In this document: positions 43,004-55,028 of the stretch, one piece after another
How positions within the stretch are numbered: position 1 is the first letter of the stretch
How the letters are laid out: the number at the start of each line of letters is the position of its first letter
Assembly: GCA_964275585.1 (NCBI GenBank)
Contig: CAXYCJ010000003.1
Coordinates: 10,315-74,314 of the forward strand
Reading direction: 5' to 3'
DNA length: 64,000 nt
From: an uncultured SAR86 cluster bacterium
GTDB lineage: Bacteria > Pseudomonadota > Gammaproteobacteria > Magnimaribacterales > D2472
Made by a program: the position numbers and the translations under genes
Notes under the pieces: generated by a model
Told to the model about the DNA's origin: nothing
The model's input: only the letters and a program-made list of their open reading frames with translations
Database searches by the model: none

Positions 43004-43106
43004 TATTATAAATAAAAATAATGCAAATTAAATATTATCAAATTCATGCTGACTTGTGCATCAGTCATTGATAAAATCTAATACATTCCATTAAAAAACT
43101 TTTAGC

Positions 43107-43430
43107 ATGGCGTTTATAGTTACTGAATCCTGCATTAAATGTAAGCACACAGATTGTGTTGAAGTCTGTCCTGTCGATTGTTTTTATGAAGGTCCAAATT
43201 TCTTGGTCATTCATCCAGAAGAATGTATTGATTGTGCCCTGTGCGAACCTGAGTGCCCTGTTGATGCAATTTTTTCAGAAGATGAGCTGCCTAATAATCA
43301 AATACCTTTCATTGAAATAAATGCAGAGCTTAGTGAAATCTGGCCTAATATCACGGAAGAGAAAGATAAACTTCCTGAGGCCCAGAAATATAAAGAAATA
43401 AAAGATAAAATTCATCTACTCGAAAGATAG
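43107..43430 (+). CDS. fdxA: 7Fe ferredoxin (Azotobacter FdxA type)
   Basis: 107 aa. [18 protein letters not shown] and [16 protein letters not shown] cluster motifs. Confidence 0.93.
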   Translation: MAFIVTESCIKCKHTDCVEVCPVDCFYEGPNFLVIHPEECIDCALCEPECPVDAIFSEDELPNNQIPFIEINAELSEIWPNITEEKDKLPEAQKYKEIKDKIHLLER

Positions 43431-43451
43431 TAACTGGTTTCGCTAGAAAGT

Positions 43452-44093
43452 TTAAAATTGCAATTGGGAGGCTTGAATTGGTTTCCCATTTTTTCTAAGT
43501 TGAAACCTTAGCATTGGATAGGACGCTTCTGAATTACCAACATGAGCTATCATCATCCCCCTTGAGACCTCATCCCCTGACTCAACAAAAATTTTATCGC
43601 AATGTGCGTATAAGCTCAGGTAACCATCTGGGTGCGATATCATAACTAAATTTCCATACCCTGGAATATCTGGTCCTGAAACTACTACTTTCCCAGCATA
43701 CACGGAATGAATAGGCTCACCTTGCTTTTGTTTATAAATTAACCATGAGCTCGCTGTGATTTCAGGCTTAGCATCTCCATTCAGTGGTGCATGCCATTGC
43801 TTAGGTGGTTGCAAAGAAACCAAGGCGGATTTATTAATTTCTCTATTAAAGGTTAATTTTTGATTTGGATAAATAATGTATGGTTTTTCAATATTATTAT
43901 TTTTGATGATCGATTGTGGATCTAAATTAAATTTCAATGCTATCGACCAAACTGAATCTCCTTTCTCCACAAAGTAGAAATGATCTAGTTTGCTAGGAAT
44001 TAAAGTGGTGAAGTTTTCTCTCAATACTTCAAAAGAGGCGCACCCAGATAGAAGAAAAATAAAAATTAAAGAAATATCTCTTAATCGAATCAT
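43452..44093 (-). CDS. nlpD: LysM/M23 (LytM) domain lipoprotein NlpD
   Basis: Start set at MIRLRDISLIFIFLLSGC (lipobox); the longest ORF starts at 44111. LysM segment YFVEKGDSVWSIALKF. The M23 region ends LRFQL where active enzymes have LHFE. Follows pcm as in E. coli. Confidence 0.85.
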   Translation of the reverse strand: MIRLRDISLIFIFLLSGCASFEVLRENFTTLIPSKLDHFYFVEKGDSVWSIALKFNLDPQSIIKNNNIEKPYIIYPNQKLTFNREINKSALVSLQPPKQWHAPLNGDAKPEITASSWLIYKQKQGEPIHSVYAGKVVVSGPDIPGYGNLVMISHPDGYLSLYAHCDKIFVESGDEVSRGMMIAHVGNSEASYPMLRFQLRKNGKPIQASQLQF

Positions 44094-44094
44094 G

Positions 44095-44835
44095 TTAAAT
44101 GGGAAAACCATAATTAAATAAGAAGTATCCTGAGGAAAAAATTAGGCCGGAAAAAAGAAATGTGAGTTTCTGTTCATGCTGGGAATATAGAGAATTGATA
44201 AGCCTCGGTAAAGCTAAAAGTGAAATCAGGCAACCTAATCCAAATGGGATTAATAAATCAAAATTAAATTCAGCAAGTGCTTGAACAATAGGTTTCCAGA
44301 CTCCCAAAATAAGCAATATTGCACTTCCAGAAATACCAGGAATTAAAAAAAACGAGAAGGCTAAAATACCAGCTAAAAATATATACAAAATATTTATTTC
44401 ACTTGAATTAATATCTAATATATTGATAAAAAACCCCAGTATTACTCCAACCAAAAGAAAGATAAGTAAATATGGATTTTGAAGAGCATCTTTAAAGAAA
44501 TTAGCTACATAGATTGATAAAAAAATCATTGAAGACCCCAAAAATAATGAGAAGTATTCTTTATAGTCATTAAGCAACCAATCTATTCCTTTTGAGCAAA
44601 GTAAAATTGCAATGATCATTGAAATCATTAATGGGATAGAAAGTGAGAGTTGAAAGGTCTTAGAAAGTTTAGAGATGCTCACAGTGAAATTCTTTAATCT
44701 CAAGTTAGTTAATATTGATATTAAATTTGGGTATATTTTAAAAATAACAGCTATTGTTGAGCCAGATATACCTGGTATTAATTCGGCAACTCCCATACAA
44801 AAACCTGCAATTGCATATTTAATTTGAACGTTCAT
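44095..44835 (-). CDS. DUF368 family membrane protein (PopT-type polyprenyl-phosphate transporter family)
   Basis: 246 aa, about 8 TM. Duplicated ELIPGISGST / FLIPGISGSA motif, characteristic of DUF368. Confidence 0.75.
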   Translation of the reverse strand: MNVQIKYAIAGFCMGVAELIPGISGSTIAVIFKIYPNLISILTNLRLKNFTVSISKLSKTFQLSLSIPLMISMIIAILLCSKGIDWLLNDYKEYFSLFLGSSMIFLSIYVANFFKDALQNPYLLIFLLVGVILGFFINILDINSSEINILYIFLAGILAFSFFLIPGISGSAILLILGVWKPIVQALAEFNFDLLIPFGLGCLISLLALPRLINSLYSQHEQKLTFLFSGLIFSSGYFLFNYGFPI

Positions 44836-45518
44836 GTTCGAGTATCTCCATTTGAAATGCCAGGAAGCATTGGAACAAATGCAACGTCCTCATATATTAC
44901 TTCTTCATGTTCTAATTTGCTCTTTTTGGTTATGACAAAAAGTTTCTGCTGTCCATCTAGCCCTACTGGAATTACTAATTTTCCATTAATCTCTAATAAA
45001 TCTAATAATTCCTCTGGATATTGCCTTGGAGCTGCCGCACAAATAATTCCATCAAATTTAAGATCTCCCTCCCAGCCATTGAACCCATCAGCATGTTTCA
45101 CCATCACATTTCTAATTTGAAGCTCTTGAAGATTTTCTCTAGATCTTATAACTAAAGGTTTAATCCTCTCAACGGCAAAAATATCATTAGAGAAATAAGA
45201 TAAAACAGCAGATTGATATCCGCAACCAGAGCCAATTTCAAGCACTCGATTAAAAATCTTACCTCTTTTAGTAGTATGAGAGATTAAATGTTCTGTCATC
45301 TTAGCAACTATATATGGTTGCGATATTGTTTGCTTATAACCAATGGTTAAAGCTCTATTTTCATAAGCCCTACTCCACAAAGCTTCGTCCAAAAAAATAT
45401 GTCGTGGGACCTGAGTTATGGCATCAAGAACACGAAAATCTTTTATGCCCATCTCTAACAAGAGTTGGATCATTTGCTCCTTCACTCTTGTAAAGGTAAA
45501 TCCTGAGCTACTCATCAA
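44832..45518 (-). CDS. pcm: protein-L-isoaspartate O-methyltransferase
   Basis: 228 aa. TISQPYIVAKM and the VLEIGSGCGYQSAVLS SAM motif. Confidence 0.94.
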   Translation of the reverse strand: MMSSSGFTFTRVKEQMIQLLLEMGIKDFRVLDAITQVPRHIFLDEALWSRAYENRALTIGYKQTISQPYIVAKMTEHLISHTTKRGKIFNRVLEIGSGCGYQSAVLSYFSNDIFAVERIKPLVIRSRENLQELQIRNVMVKHADGFNGWEGDLKFDGIICAAAPRQYPEELLDLLEINGKLVIPVGLDGQQKLFVITKKSKLEHEEVIYEDVAFVPMLPGISNGDTRT

Positions 45519-46257
45519 AAAAGATATCCCTATAAATGTCTAAGTCTGATTCATTTGCAGTTAGATTGTAATCAAGTATGGAGATAGAAATGTATTTTTC
45601 ATGTATGGCGTGAATATCTGTCTTCTGTTGTCCAGGGAGGAGAGTGCCTGAGGGACCAAAACTATAAAAAGTTGAAGAGCCATTAGTCCTGATAAAATCA
45701 GGAATATCAGGAATTCCTCTTTTGCCCAACCTTGTTAATTTAATTCCTTGAATTTGCGATGAGGGTAAGTCGGGGAAGTTAACATTTACAAGTAAATTTC
45801 TATCTGAAGGAAGTTTAGTGACTTGATTTACAATCATTGCCGATTTCATGGCAATAAAATCTAAATTTTTTGGTGTAAATGCTGCAACTGAAAAAGCAAC
45901 GGGTACATATTTTAATCTTCTTCCTGCTATAGCCGCACCTACTGTTCCGGAATAAAAGATATCTTCGCCTAAGTTTGCGCCTAAGTTTATTCCTGAAACA
46001 ATCATATCTATTGGGTCTGAAATAATGGAAAGCAGGCCTAGATAAGAACAATCAGCAGGCGTTCCTGAAACTGCATGAATATTTTTAGAAATTTCTTTGA
46101 CTTCAATTTCTTTGCGTAAACTAATTGCAGCGCTCATGCCACTGCAATTTTCTCTCGGTGCAATCAAGAAAATTTTATGCTCAAGGCTAAGGGCTTTGTG
46201 TAGCTCAGTGATTCCATTAGCCCTATAGCCATCATCATTTGTTAATAATATATTCAT
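45508..46257 (-). CDS. surE: 5'/3'-nucleotidase SurE
   Basis: 249 aa. MNILLTNDDGY and GINLGANLGEDIFYSGTVGAA. Confidence 0.95.
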   Translation of the reverse strand: MNILLTNDDGYRANGITELHKALSLEHKIFLIAPRENCSGMSAAISLRKEIEVKEISKNIHAVSGTPADCSYLGLLSIISDPIDMIVSGINLGANLGEDIFYSGTVGAAIAGRRLKYVPVAFSVAAFTPKNLDFIAMKSAMIVNQVTKLPSDRNLLVNVNFPDLPSSQIQGIKLTRLGKRGIPDIPDFIRTNGSSTFYSFGPSGTLLPGQQKTDIHAIHEKYISISILDYNLTANESDLDIYRDIFFDE

Positions 46258-47411
46258 CCAATAGCCCGTAATGATGCTATGGCATGTACAGCAATTCCAT
46301 TACCTTCTCCAATAATACCCATCCCTTCTGCAGTGGTTGCCTTAATTGCAATAGCATTTTCTTTTATCTTTAGTATCTTTGATAGGGTGCTTTTGATTTT
46401 GACAACATAAGGACCAATCTTTGGTTGTTCGCAGACAATTACAAAATCAATATTTACTGGTTCCAATCTTTGCTTACCAAGTAACTCTAAAGTCTTTTCA
46501 AGAATAATGATGCTACTTAAATTCTTATTTTCTGGATCAGTATCAGGAAAATAGAACCCTATGTCATTGAGCCCTCCAGCTCCCAGCAAAGCATCAGCAA
46601 GTGCATGTAACAATATATCTCCATCAGAATGAGCGATAATTGAGAGCCCGCAATCAATAAACACATTCCCAAGTAGAATTCCTTTGCCTGGTTCAAATCT
46701 ATGAAAATCTATCCCTCTTCCAATCCTAGAATCCGATCGAAAAGTTCTATCTAGATCTGTTGGAAATGTTATTTTTGTATTAGATCGATCCCCTTTCACT
46801 GCTTTTACCTTAAAGCCGGCTTCTTCCATAGCTTGTGCTTCATCAGTTAAATTCTTCTTGGAATCCATTAATTTATTTAAAGCTATTTTTAATGACGAAG
46901 TGTAAAAAATTTGCGGTGTTTGCACTAAAACAAATTTATCTCGATTGATTGGAATAAAATGGTTATTTCTTATTTCCCTTAATGATTCAGAGATTGAGAT
47001 GACTGGATAGATTCCTTCTATATTCTTATCAGCCTCAAGCTCATCTAATAAATAAATAAATTGCTCATGACTAAGCCAAGGTCTAGCCGCATCATGTACA
47101 GCTATAATGTCAATTTCATCTGAATTTACTTTAGATAGTGAATTAAAGACTGATTGACTTCTTGTTCTCCCTCCAGCAGTAAGGATAATTTTTGGATCAT
47201 TGGCAAAAGATTGGGAGTCTATCCACGTATCATCTGAATCTACTGAAATGTAGATTTTTTGAATGCATGGAAAACTAATAAAAAAATTAATCGTTACTTC
47301 CAGCATAGTTTGACTGCCTAACATTGAATATTGTTTAGGGACCGAATTTTGAAATCGAGCACCAATTCCTGCCGCAGGAACAATAACGCCAACACTTTTA
47401 TTTTGGTTCAT
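46254..47411 (-). CDS. ispDF: bifunctional IspD/IspF (MEP cytidylyltransferase / MEcPP synthase)
   Basis: 385 aa. N-terminal VIVPAAGIGARF..VHDAARP (IspD) fused to GIDFHRF..AHSDGDILLHALADALLGA (IspF). Confidence 0.92.
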   Translation of the reverse strand: MNQNKSVGVIVPAAGIGARFQNSVPKQYSMLGSQTMLEVTINFFISFPCIQKIYISVDSDDTWIDSQSFANDPKIILTAGGRTRSQSVFNSLSKVNSDEIDIIAVHDAARPWLSHEQFIYLLDELEADKNIEGIYPVISISESLREIRNNHFIPINRDKFVLVQTPQIFYTSSLKIALNKLMDSKKNLTDEAQAMEEAGFKVKAVKGDRSNTKITFPTDLDRTFRSDSRIGRGIDFHRFEPGKGILLGNVFIDCGLSIIAHSDGDILLHALADALLGAGGLNDIGFYFPDTDPENKNLSSIIILEKTLELLGKQRLEPVNIDFVIVCEQPKIGPYVVKIKSTLSKILKIKENAIAIKATTAEGMGIIGEGNGIAVHAIASLRAIG

Positions 47412-47706
47412 CTTTCTTAGATTCCTTAAAACTCAAAAATTCTTCATCTTTGTAGATTAGGCTCAACTCCTCACGAGCAAATTTTTCTGCATGCGCATCA
47501 TTTTTTTGTCTGCTTTGAATTCCTGATTCAAGAATATTATTTTCAATAGCAATAACATTATTTTCATTAATTAATAATTCATTCTCATCTTGAAGTTGAA
47601 TAAAGCTTTTTTTACTATCTACACCAAAGAAAAGATTGTAAAAGGCTGCGATAATGAAAATTACAACCAACCAATTTAAGATTTTAACCAAAAACATTCT
47701 TGGCAA
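47398..47706 (-). CDS. ftsB: cell division protein FtsB
   Basis: 102 aa. N-terminal TM plus a coiled coil. Lies in the eno-ftsB-ispD slot. Confidence 0.85.
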   Translation of the reverse strand: MPRMFLVKILNWLVVIFIIAAFYNLFFGVDSKKSFIQLQDENELLINENNVIAIENNILESGIQSRQKNDAHAEKFAREELSLIYKDEEFLSFKESKKDEPK

Positions 47707-48973
47707 ATTTTAGATTTTTTTGTTCTGCTTCAATCCATAATAATCTATTATATTTTGCCACTCTATCAGATCGACATGGGGCTCCAGTTTTGATTTGGCC
47801 AGTTCCAAGTCCAACAGATAAATCTGCAATAGTACTATCTTCTGTTTCACCTGATCTATGAGATATTATTGATTTATAGTGATTTAAATTACCAAGATGA
47901 ATTGTTTTCATTGTTTCCATGATAGTGCCAATCTGATTGAATTTAATTAATATTGAATTCCCAAGAGATTCATCGATACCTCTCTGGAGCTCATCAGCAT
48001 TAGTGACAAAAAGATCATCTCCAACCAATTGACATTTTTTTCCTAAGGCGCTTGTAAGGTTCTTCCAACCACTAAAGTCGCTTTCATCCATTCCATCTTC
48101 TATAGATAATATTGGATATTGAGATGTTAAAGATTGAAGGTATTGGACAAATTCATCTGAATTGAGTTTGGTAGATTCCCCTTTTAGATGATACAGACCA
48201 TTTTCATAAAATTCTGATGCGGCACAATCAAGAGCAATTCCAACATCAATTCCAGGTCTAAGGTTGTTGTTTTCAATTGCACATAAAATTAATTCAATTG
48301 CTTCTTGGTTAGACTTAAGATTTGGCGCAAAACCTCCTTCATCGCCAACACCGGTGCTTAAGTTCTGGTCCTGTAATAATTTTTTTAAACCAGCATAAAT
48401 TTCTGTTGCCCACTGCATCCCTTGATAGAAAGATTTCGCACCTATAGGCATAATCATAAACTCTTGAATATCAAGATTATTATCTGCATGCCCTCCACCA
48501 TTAATAATATTTAACATGGGAGTTGGAAGTTGCATGTCTAGTTTGCTTCCATTGATGTCATAAAATACTTTATTAATGTATTGATAAAGAGGTAGCTCTA
48601 ATACTTTTGCTCCAGCACCAAGAGCTCCAAGAGATACTCCCAAAATAGCATTTGCTCCAAGTTTTAATTTTGTGTCTGTTCCGTCCAAAGCTATCATCTT
48701 TTCATCAATAGCTTTTTGATTTGTGACTTCCATGCCCAAAAGAGTGGGAGTAATAATATTGTGAATGTTATCAATGGCTTTTTGGACGCCTTTTCCATTA
48801 AATTCTTTGCCGCCATCTCTTAGCTCAACAGCCTCTCTTGAGCCTGTGGATGAACCGCTAGGGACCATTGAGGTTGAAGAAATTCCATTCTCAAGATCAA
48901 TTTTACATGAAATGGTAGGGGTGCCCCTAGAATCAATAACCTGCAGGGCTTGAATTGACTTGATTTGTGACAT
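47684..48973 (-). CDS. eno: enolase
   Basis: 429 aa. VIDSRGTPT, SGSSTGSREA and SHRSGETED. Confidence 0.98.
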   Translation of the reverse strand: MSQIKSIQALQVIDSRGTPTISCKIDLENGISSTSMVPSGSSTGSREAVELRDGGKEFNGKGVQKAIDNIHNIITPTLLGMEVTNQKAIDEKMIALDGTDTKLKLGANAILGVSLGALGAGAKVLELPLYQYINKVFYDINGSKLDMQLPTPMLNIINGGGHADNNLDIQEFMIMPIGAKSFYQGMQWATEIYAGLKKLLQDQNLSTGVGDEGGFAPNLKSNQEAIELILCAIENNNLRPGIDVGIALDCAASEFYENGLYHLKGESTKLNSDEFVQYLQSLTSQYPILSIEDGMDESDFSGWKNLTSALGKKCQLVGDDLFVTNADELQRGIDESLGNSILIKFNQIGTIMETMKTIHLGNLNHYKSIISHRSGETEDSTIADLSVGLGTGQIKTGAPCRSDRVAKYNRLLWIEAEQKNLKFAKNVFG

Positions 48974-48975
48974 TG

Positions 48976-51443
<2,468 letters not shown>

Positions 51444-51496
51444 TTAGTTTGTGATGGGAATACAGAATATCAGATTATGAAACTAATAAAAACTAA

Positions 51497-52576
51497 TTAG
51501 GCAGATTCTTCGAATAAAGGTCTAGATAAATCAGCCCAATCTATATCTGCATCGCTCTTGGATGAGGCAAATTCTAAGATTCCAAGATCATCAAATTTTT
51601 TCTTAACAGAGTCTCTTAACAATCCTATTCTTCTTAAGTTCGGCATCACTCTTTGAAATAATAGTTTTTGAAAATGCTTATTAATATCGGTTCCTAATTG
51701 AAACTGCCTTGCATCCTCAACATCCCAACCAAAGTGCTCAAAGACATCAGTTGATAGCAATCTTTCTCTGCTCAACCAACAGGCCTCATAAGCAAATTGT
51801 GCTCTTTCTTCTTTTTCTTCTTCGGTTAAAGTATCAACAAATTCTTCTAAATAATTTATCCCAAACGTAACATGTCTTGCCTCATCTCTAATAATTAAAC
51901 CCAACATATCATGCAGGACTGGATCCCTTGTTAACTCCCTTGATGTTTGAAATGCAGCCAATGCCAGTCCTTCAATAATAATTTGCATGCCAATAAATTT
52001 TAGATCCCATCTCGGATCAGTAAGAATTTTATCCAAAATTGATTTAAGTGCATTACCAATGGGGTACATCATTTTAATTCTTGTTTGTATATATTTATTA
52101 AATGCTTCAACATGACGAGCTTCATCAAAAGTTTGAGATGCTGCATAAAGCTTTGCATTATATGTTGGTGCACAAGAAGTTAATTGCGATGCCACCAAAA
52201 GTGCGCCCTGCTCTCCGTGCAGAAACTGGCTTTGACTCCAGGCAATTCTATGATTTAAAAAATCAACTTTTTTTTGATCAGAAAATTTTTGATATGGAGC
52301 ATAATCATCCCAAAATATTGGCGTTGGTTCAGTTAATTTTTCAAAAGGTCTTGACCAATCTATATCAAGCTCAACATTCCAATTTAGTTCTTTACCAAGC
52401 TCATAAAGCTTCTTAATTCTATTATCCTGATGGGTGTAGTCCCAATTATAAGAGCCAGATAATGGAGTTTTAAAAATCTCAGCAATATCATTTGCAACTT
52501 GTTCGGTCATGAAAGGAGGTAAGTCTTCTTCCAGTTGAATTTCCCTTGGGTTGTCGTCTATATATTTAATCTTCAT
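51497..52576 (-). CDS. ferritin-like diiron-carboxylate protein, function unassigned
   Basis: 359 aa. Ligand pattern E122 (LHGEQGA), E152-A-R-H155 (DEARHVEAF), E202 (IIEGLA), E232-A-R-H235 (DEARHVTFG), i.e. two E-x29-ExxH units. Its start overlaps the alr stop by 4 nt. Confidence 0.65.
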   Translation of the reverse strand: MKIKYIDDNPREIQLEEDLPPFMTEQVANDIAEIFKTPLSGSYNWDYTHQDNRIKKLYELGKELNWNVELDIDWSRPFEKLTEPTPIFWDDYAPYQKFSDQKKVDFLNHRIAWSQSQFLHGEQGALLVASQLTSCAPTYNAKLYAASQTFDEARHVEAFNKYIQTRIKMMYPIGNALKSILDKILTDPRWDLKFIGMQIIIEGLALAAFQTSRELTRDPVLHDMLGLIIRDEARHVTFGINYLEEFVDTLTEEEKEERAQFAYEACWLSRERLLSTDVFEHFGWDVEDARQFQLGTDINKHFQKLLFQRVMPNLRRIGLLRDSVKKKFDDLGILEFASSKSDADIDWADLSRPLFEESA

Positions 52577-53625
52577 ACGTTTAGGTATTGCCTTTTAACT
52601 CTTGGACTTAGTTTGCTCATAAGCTCATAAGAAATCAAATTATTTTTTTTAGCATTTGCATTAATTGAGAGATCTTCAGACCAAAATTCACACCAGTCTC
52701 CAATTACACATTGGGATAAATTCGTAATATCAATAGAAAGAAGATCCATACTAACTCGTCCAAGAATTGGAACCATTTGATCATTTATGCTTACATATGT
52801 TCCATCAACAGCGGTTTGCGGGAACCCATCAGCATATCCGCAATAAACAATGGCAAGTTTTGTATCTCGACTGATTTTAATGCGACCACCGTACCCAACT
52901 CTTTCACCAGATTTTAAATTTTGAACAGCTACAATCTGACTACGAAACCTCATTGCTGTTTTAAGGTTTAAAAAATTCGACAAGCCACCATACATCCCAA
53001 TACCAATTCTAGACCAATCATAAGCATGCTCAGGAAAGTTCATGGCTCCATTAGAATTTAATATACTGCGCTGCATGCTTTTACCAACATTTGTCCATGC
53101 TTCATTAAATCTAAAAAATTGTTCTTTGTTTAATTTATCTTCTGGATTATCAGAACACGCTAAATGACTCATTAATACATTAGAGCTCTTAAAAAAATCT
53201 GTAAATTGATCTAGTTTATTTAATTCCACTCCCAGCCTGTTCATGCCTGTATTGACTTTCAACCAAAAAATTAAATCGTCTTTATATTTGAGTGCTAAGG
53301 GTAATTGCGCCAAAGAATGAAGTACCGTCCATATATTATTCTTTTCTAATAAGTCATAGGATTCAGATGAGTAAACTCCTTGCATCATTAAAATAGGCTT
53401 TAAGGAGCTCTGACGAACCATCTGAGCCTCTTCCATTCTGACAACACCAAACCCATCAACACTATCATTAAGAGCTTTAATGGCTGTCTCAAGGTCATGC
53501 CCATAAGCGTTACTTTTAACAATACCCATAAATTTAGAGGAATCTGGGAGCTGACTTCGAATAATTTGGATATTATTTCTGACTAACTCATAGTCAATAA
53601 TGAGCTCAGAATTAGGTTGGATCAT
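52573..53625 (-). CDS. alr: alanine racemase
   Basis: 350 aa. GIVKSNAYGHD PLP-lysine motif and RVGYGG..GRVSMD. Confidence 0.9.
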   Translation of the reverse strand: MIQPNSELIIDYELVRNNIQIIRSQLPDSSKFMGIVKSNAYGHDLETAIKALNDSVDGFGVVRMEEAQMVRQSSLKPILMMQGVYSSESYDLLEKNNIWTVLHSLAQLPLALKYKDDLIFWLKVNTGMNRLGVELNKLDQFTDFFKSSNVLMSHLACSDNPEDKLNKEQFFRFNEAWTNVGKSMQRSILNSNGAMNFPEHAYDWSRIGIGMYGGLSNFLNLKTAMRFRSQIVAVQNLKSGERVGYGGRIKISRDTKLAIVYCGYADGFPQTAVDGTYVSINDQMVPILGRVSMDLLSIDITNLSQCVIGDWCEFWSEDLSINANAKKNNLISYELMSKLSPRVKRQYLNV

Positions 53626-54992
53626 TGAAAGTCTTCGTAAAAGCTATCTACGGCAAAATCTTCAAATCTAGTAAATTCTTTAAGAAAAGTTAAATTTACT
53701 TTTCCTATGGGGCCATTTCTTTGCTTGCCGATAATAATTTCTGCTTTATTACCATCTTCAGAGTCGTCGTTGTAAACAATATCTCTATAAATAAATAAAA
53801 TAACATCTGCATCTTGCTCAATTGCACCAGAATCTCTTAAATCAGACATCACAGGCCTCTTATTGGGTCTTTGCTCAACTGCTCGATTTAACTGAGATAA
53901 AGCAACAACAGGGACATTTAAGTCTTTAGCAAGCATTTTTAATGATCTCGAAATTTCAGATATTTGATTTACTCTGTTTTCAGTTGATGCTGGGAGCTGC
54001 ATTAGTTGAAGATAATCAACCACGATTAATGAAAGCCCATTAGGCTCTTGCCTGTAAATTCTTCTTGCTCTTGCACGAAGCTCCATTGGAGTAATCATCG
54101 AACTGTCATCAATATATAATGGAAGATCTTTTAAGGCCGATGAAGACTCCATAAACCTTTTTAAATCATTTTTATTCATGGATGCTGATCGAACTTTTTG
54201 TTGGTCAATTTTTGCATGGCTAGCAAGGAGCCTGGTTGTTAAAGACTCAGCAGGCATTTCTAAACTAAATACCAATACGCCGCCTTGGACATCTTTATTA
54301 GTAGTCATGTTCTCAACAATATTCATTGCTAGAGCAGTCTTCCCCATACTCGGCCTTGCTGCAATAATAATAAGATCTCCATCTTGGAAACCCATTAACT
54401 CTTTATCTAATTCTTTATAACCGGTAGAGGCACCAAGCAGAGAAGAGCCTGCTGCTGCTATTTCATTCAACTTATCGATCGTTTTTGGTATTAGCTCATC
54501 TAATTTCTGAATGTTTGATGAAGTTCTACTTGCCTCATCATTCAATGAAAAAATCTTCGTCTCAGCTTCATCTAAAAGAGATTCTGCATCTTTGCCTTGA
54601 GGATTAATAATTAACTCTGAAATCTCAGAATTAATTTTCATTAATTTTCGTGCGATAGATTTTTGCCTGATCATCTCAGCATACGCTTCTAGATTTGCTG
54701 CCGATGGGCTAGAGGAAGCTAAATCAATAAGATAATTCTTTCCACCTGCTCGAGTTAAAAGATTTTTACTATCCAAGCGACCAGAAACAGTTAAGGGATC
54801 TAGGGGTTTATTCGAGTGAACAAGCTCTCCCATTGATTGAAAGATATTTTGATGATCTTGACCCTCAAAATCTGAGGAGGCAATAATCAAGCTAACATTA
54901 TCATACCTCTCAGTTTCAAGCATTAGCCCTCCTAAAACAGCTTTTTCAAGGTCTCTGACTTGTTCGGTATTTTCTATAGACTTACTGGACAT
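53622..54992 (-). CDS. dnaB: replicative DNA helicase DnaB
   Basis: 456 aa. ARPSMGKTALAMN Walker A, VVDYLQLM, LSQLNR and RNGPIG. Confidence 0.97.
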   Translation of the reverse strand: MSSKSIENTEQVRDLEKAVLGGLMLETERYDNVSLIIASSDFEGQDHQNIFQSMGELVHSNKPLDPLTVSGRLDSKNLLTRAGGKNYLIDLASSSPSAANLEAYAEMIRQKSIARKLMKINSEISELIINPQGKDAESLLDEAETKIFSLNDEASRTSSNIQKLDELIPKTIDKLNEIAAAGSSLLGASTGYKELDKELMGFQDGDLIIIAARPSMGKTALAMNIVENMTTNKDVQGGVLVFSLEMPAESLTTRLLASHAKIDQQKVRSASMNKNDLKRFMESSSALKDLPLYIDDSSMITPMELRARARRIYRQEPNGLSLIVVDYLQLMQLPASTENRVNQISEISRSLKMLAKDLNVPVVALSQLNRAVEQRPNKRPVMSDLRDSGAIEQDADVILFIYRDIVYNDDSEDGNKAEIIIGKQRNGPIGKVNLTFLKEFTRFEDFAVDSFYEDFQ

Positions 54993-55028
54993 AAATATGA
55001 TTTTTACATCATATTATAAAGAAGACAA

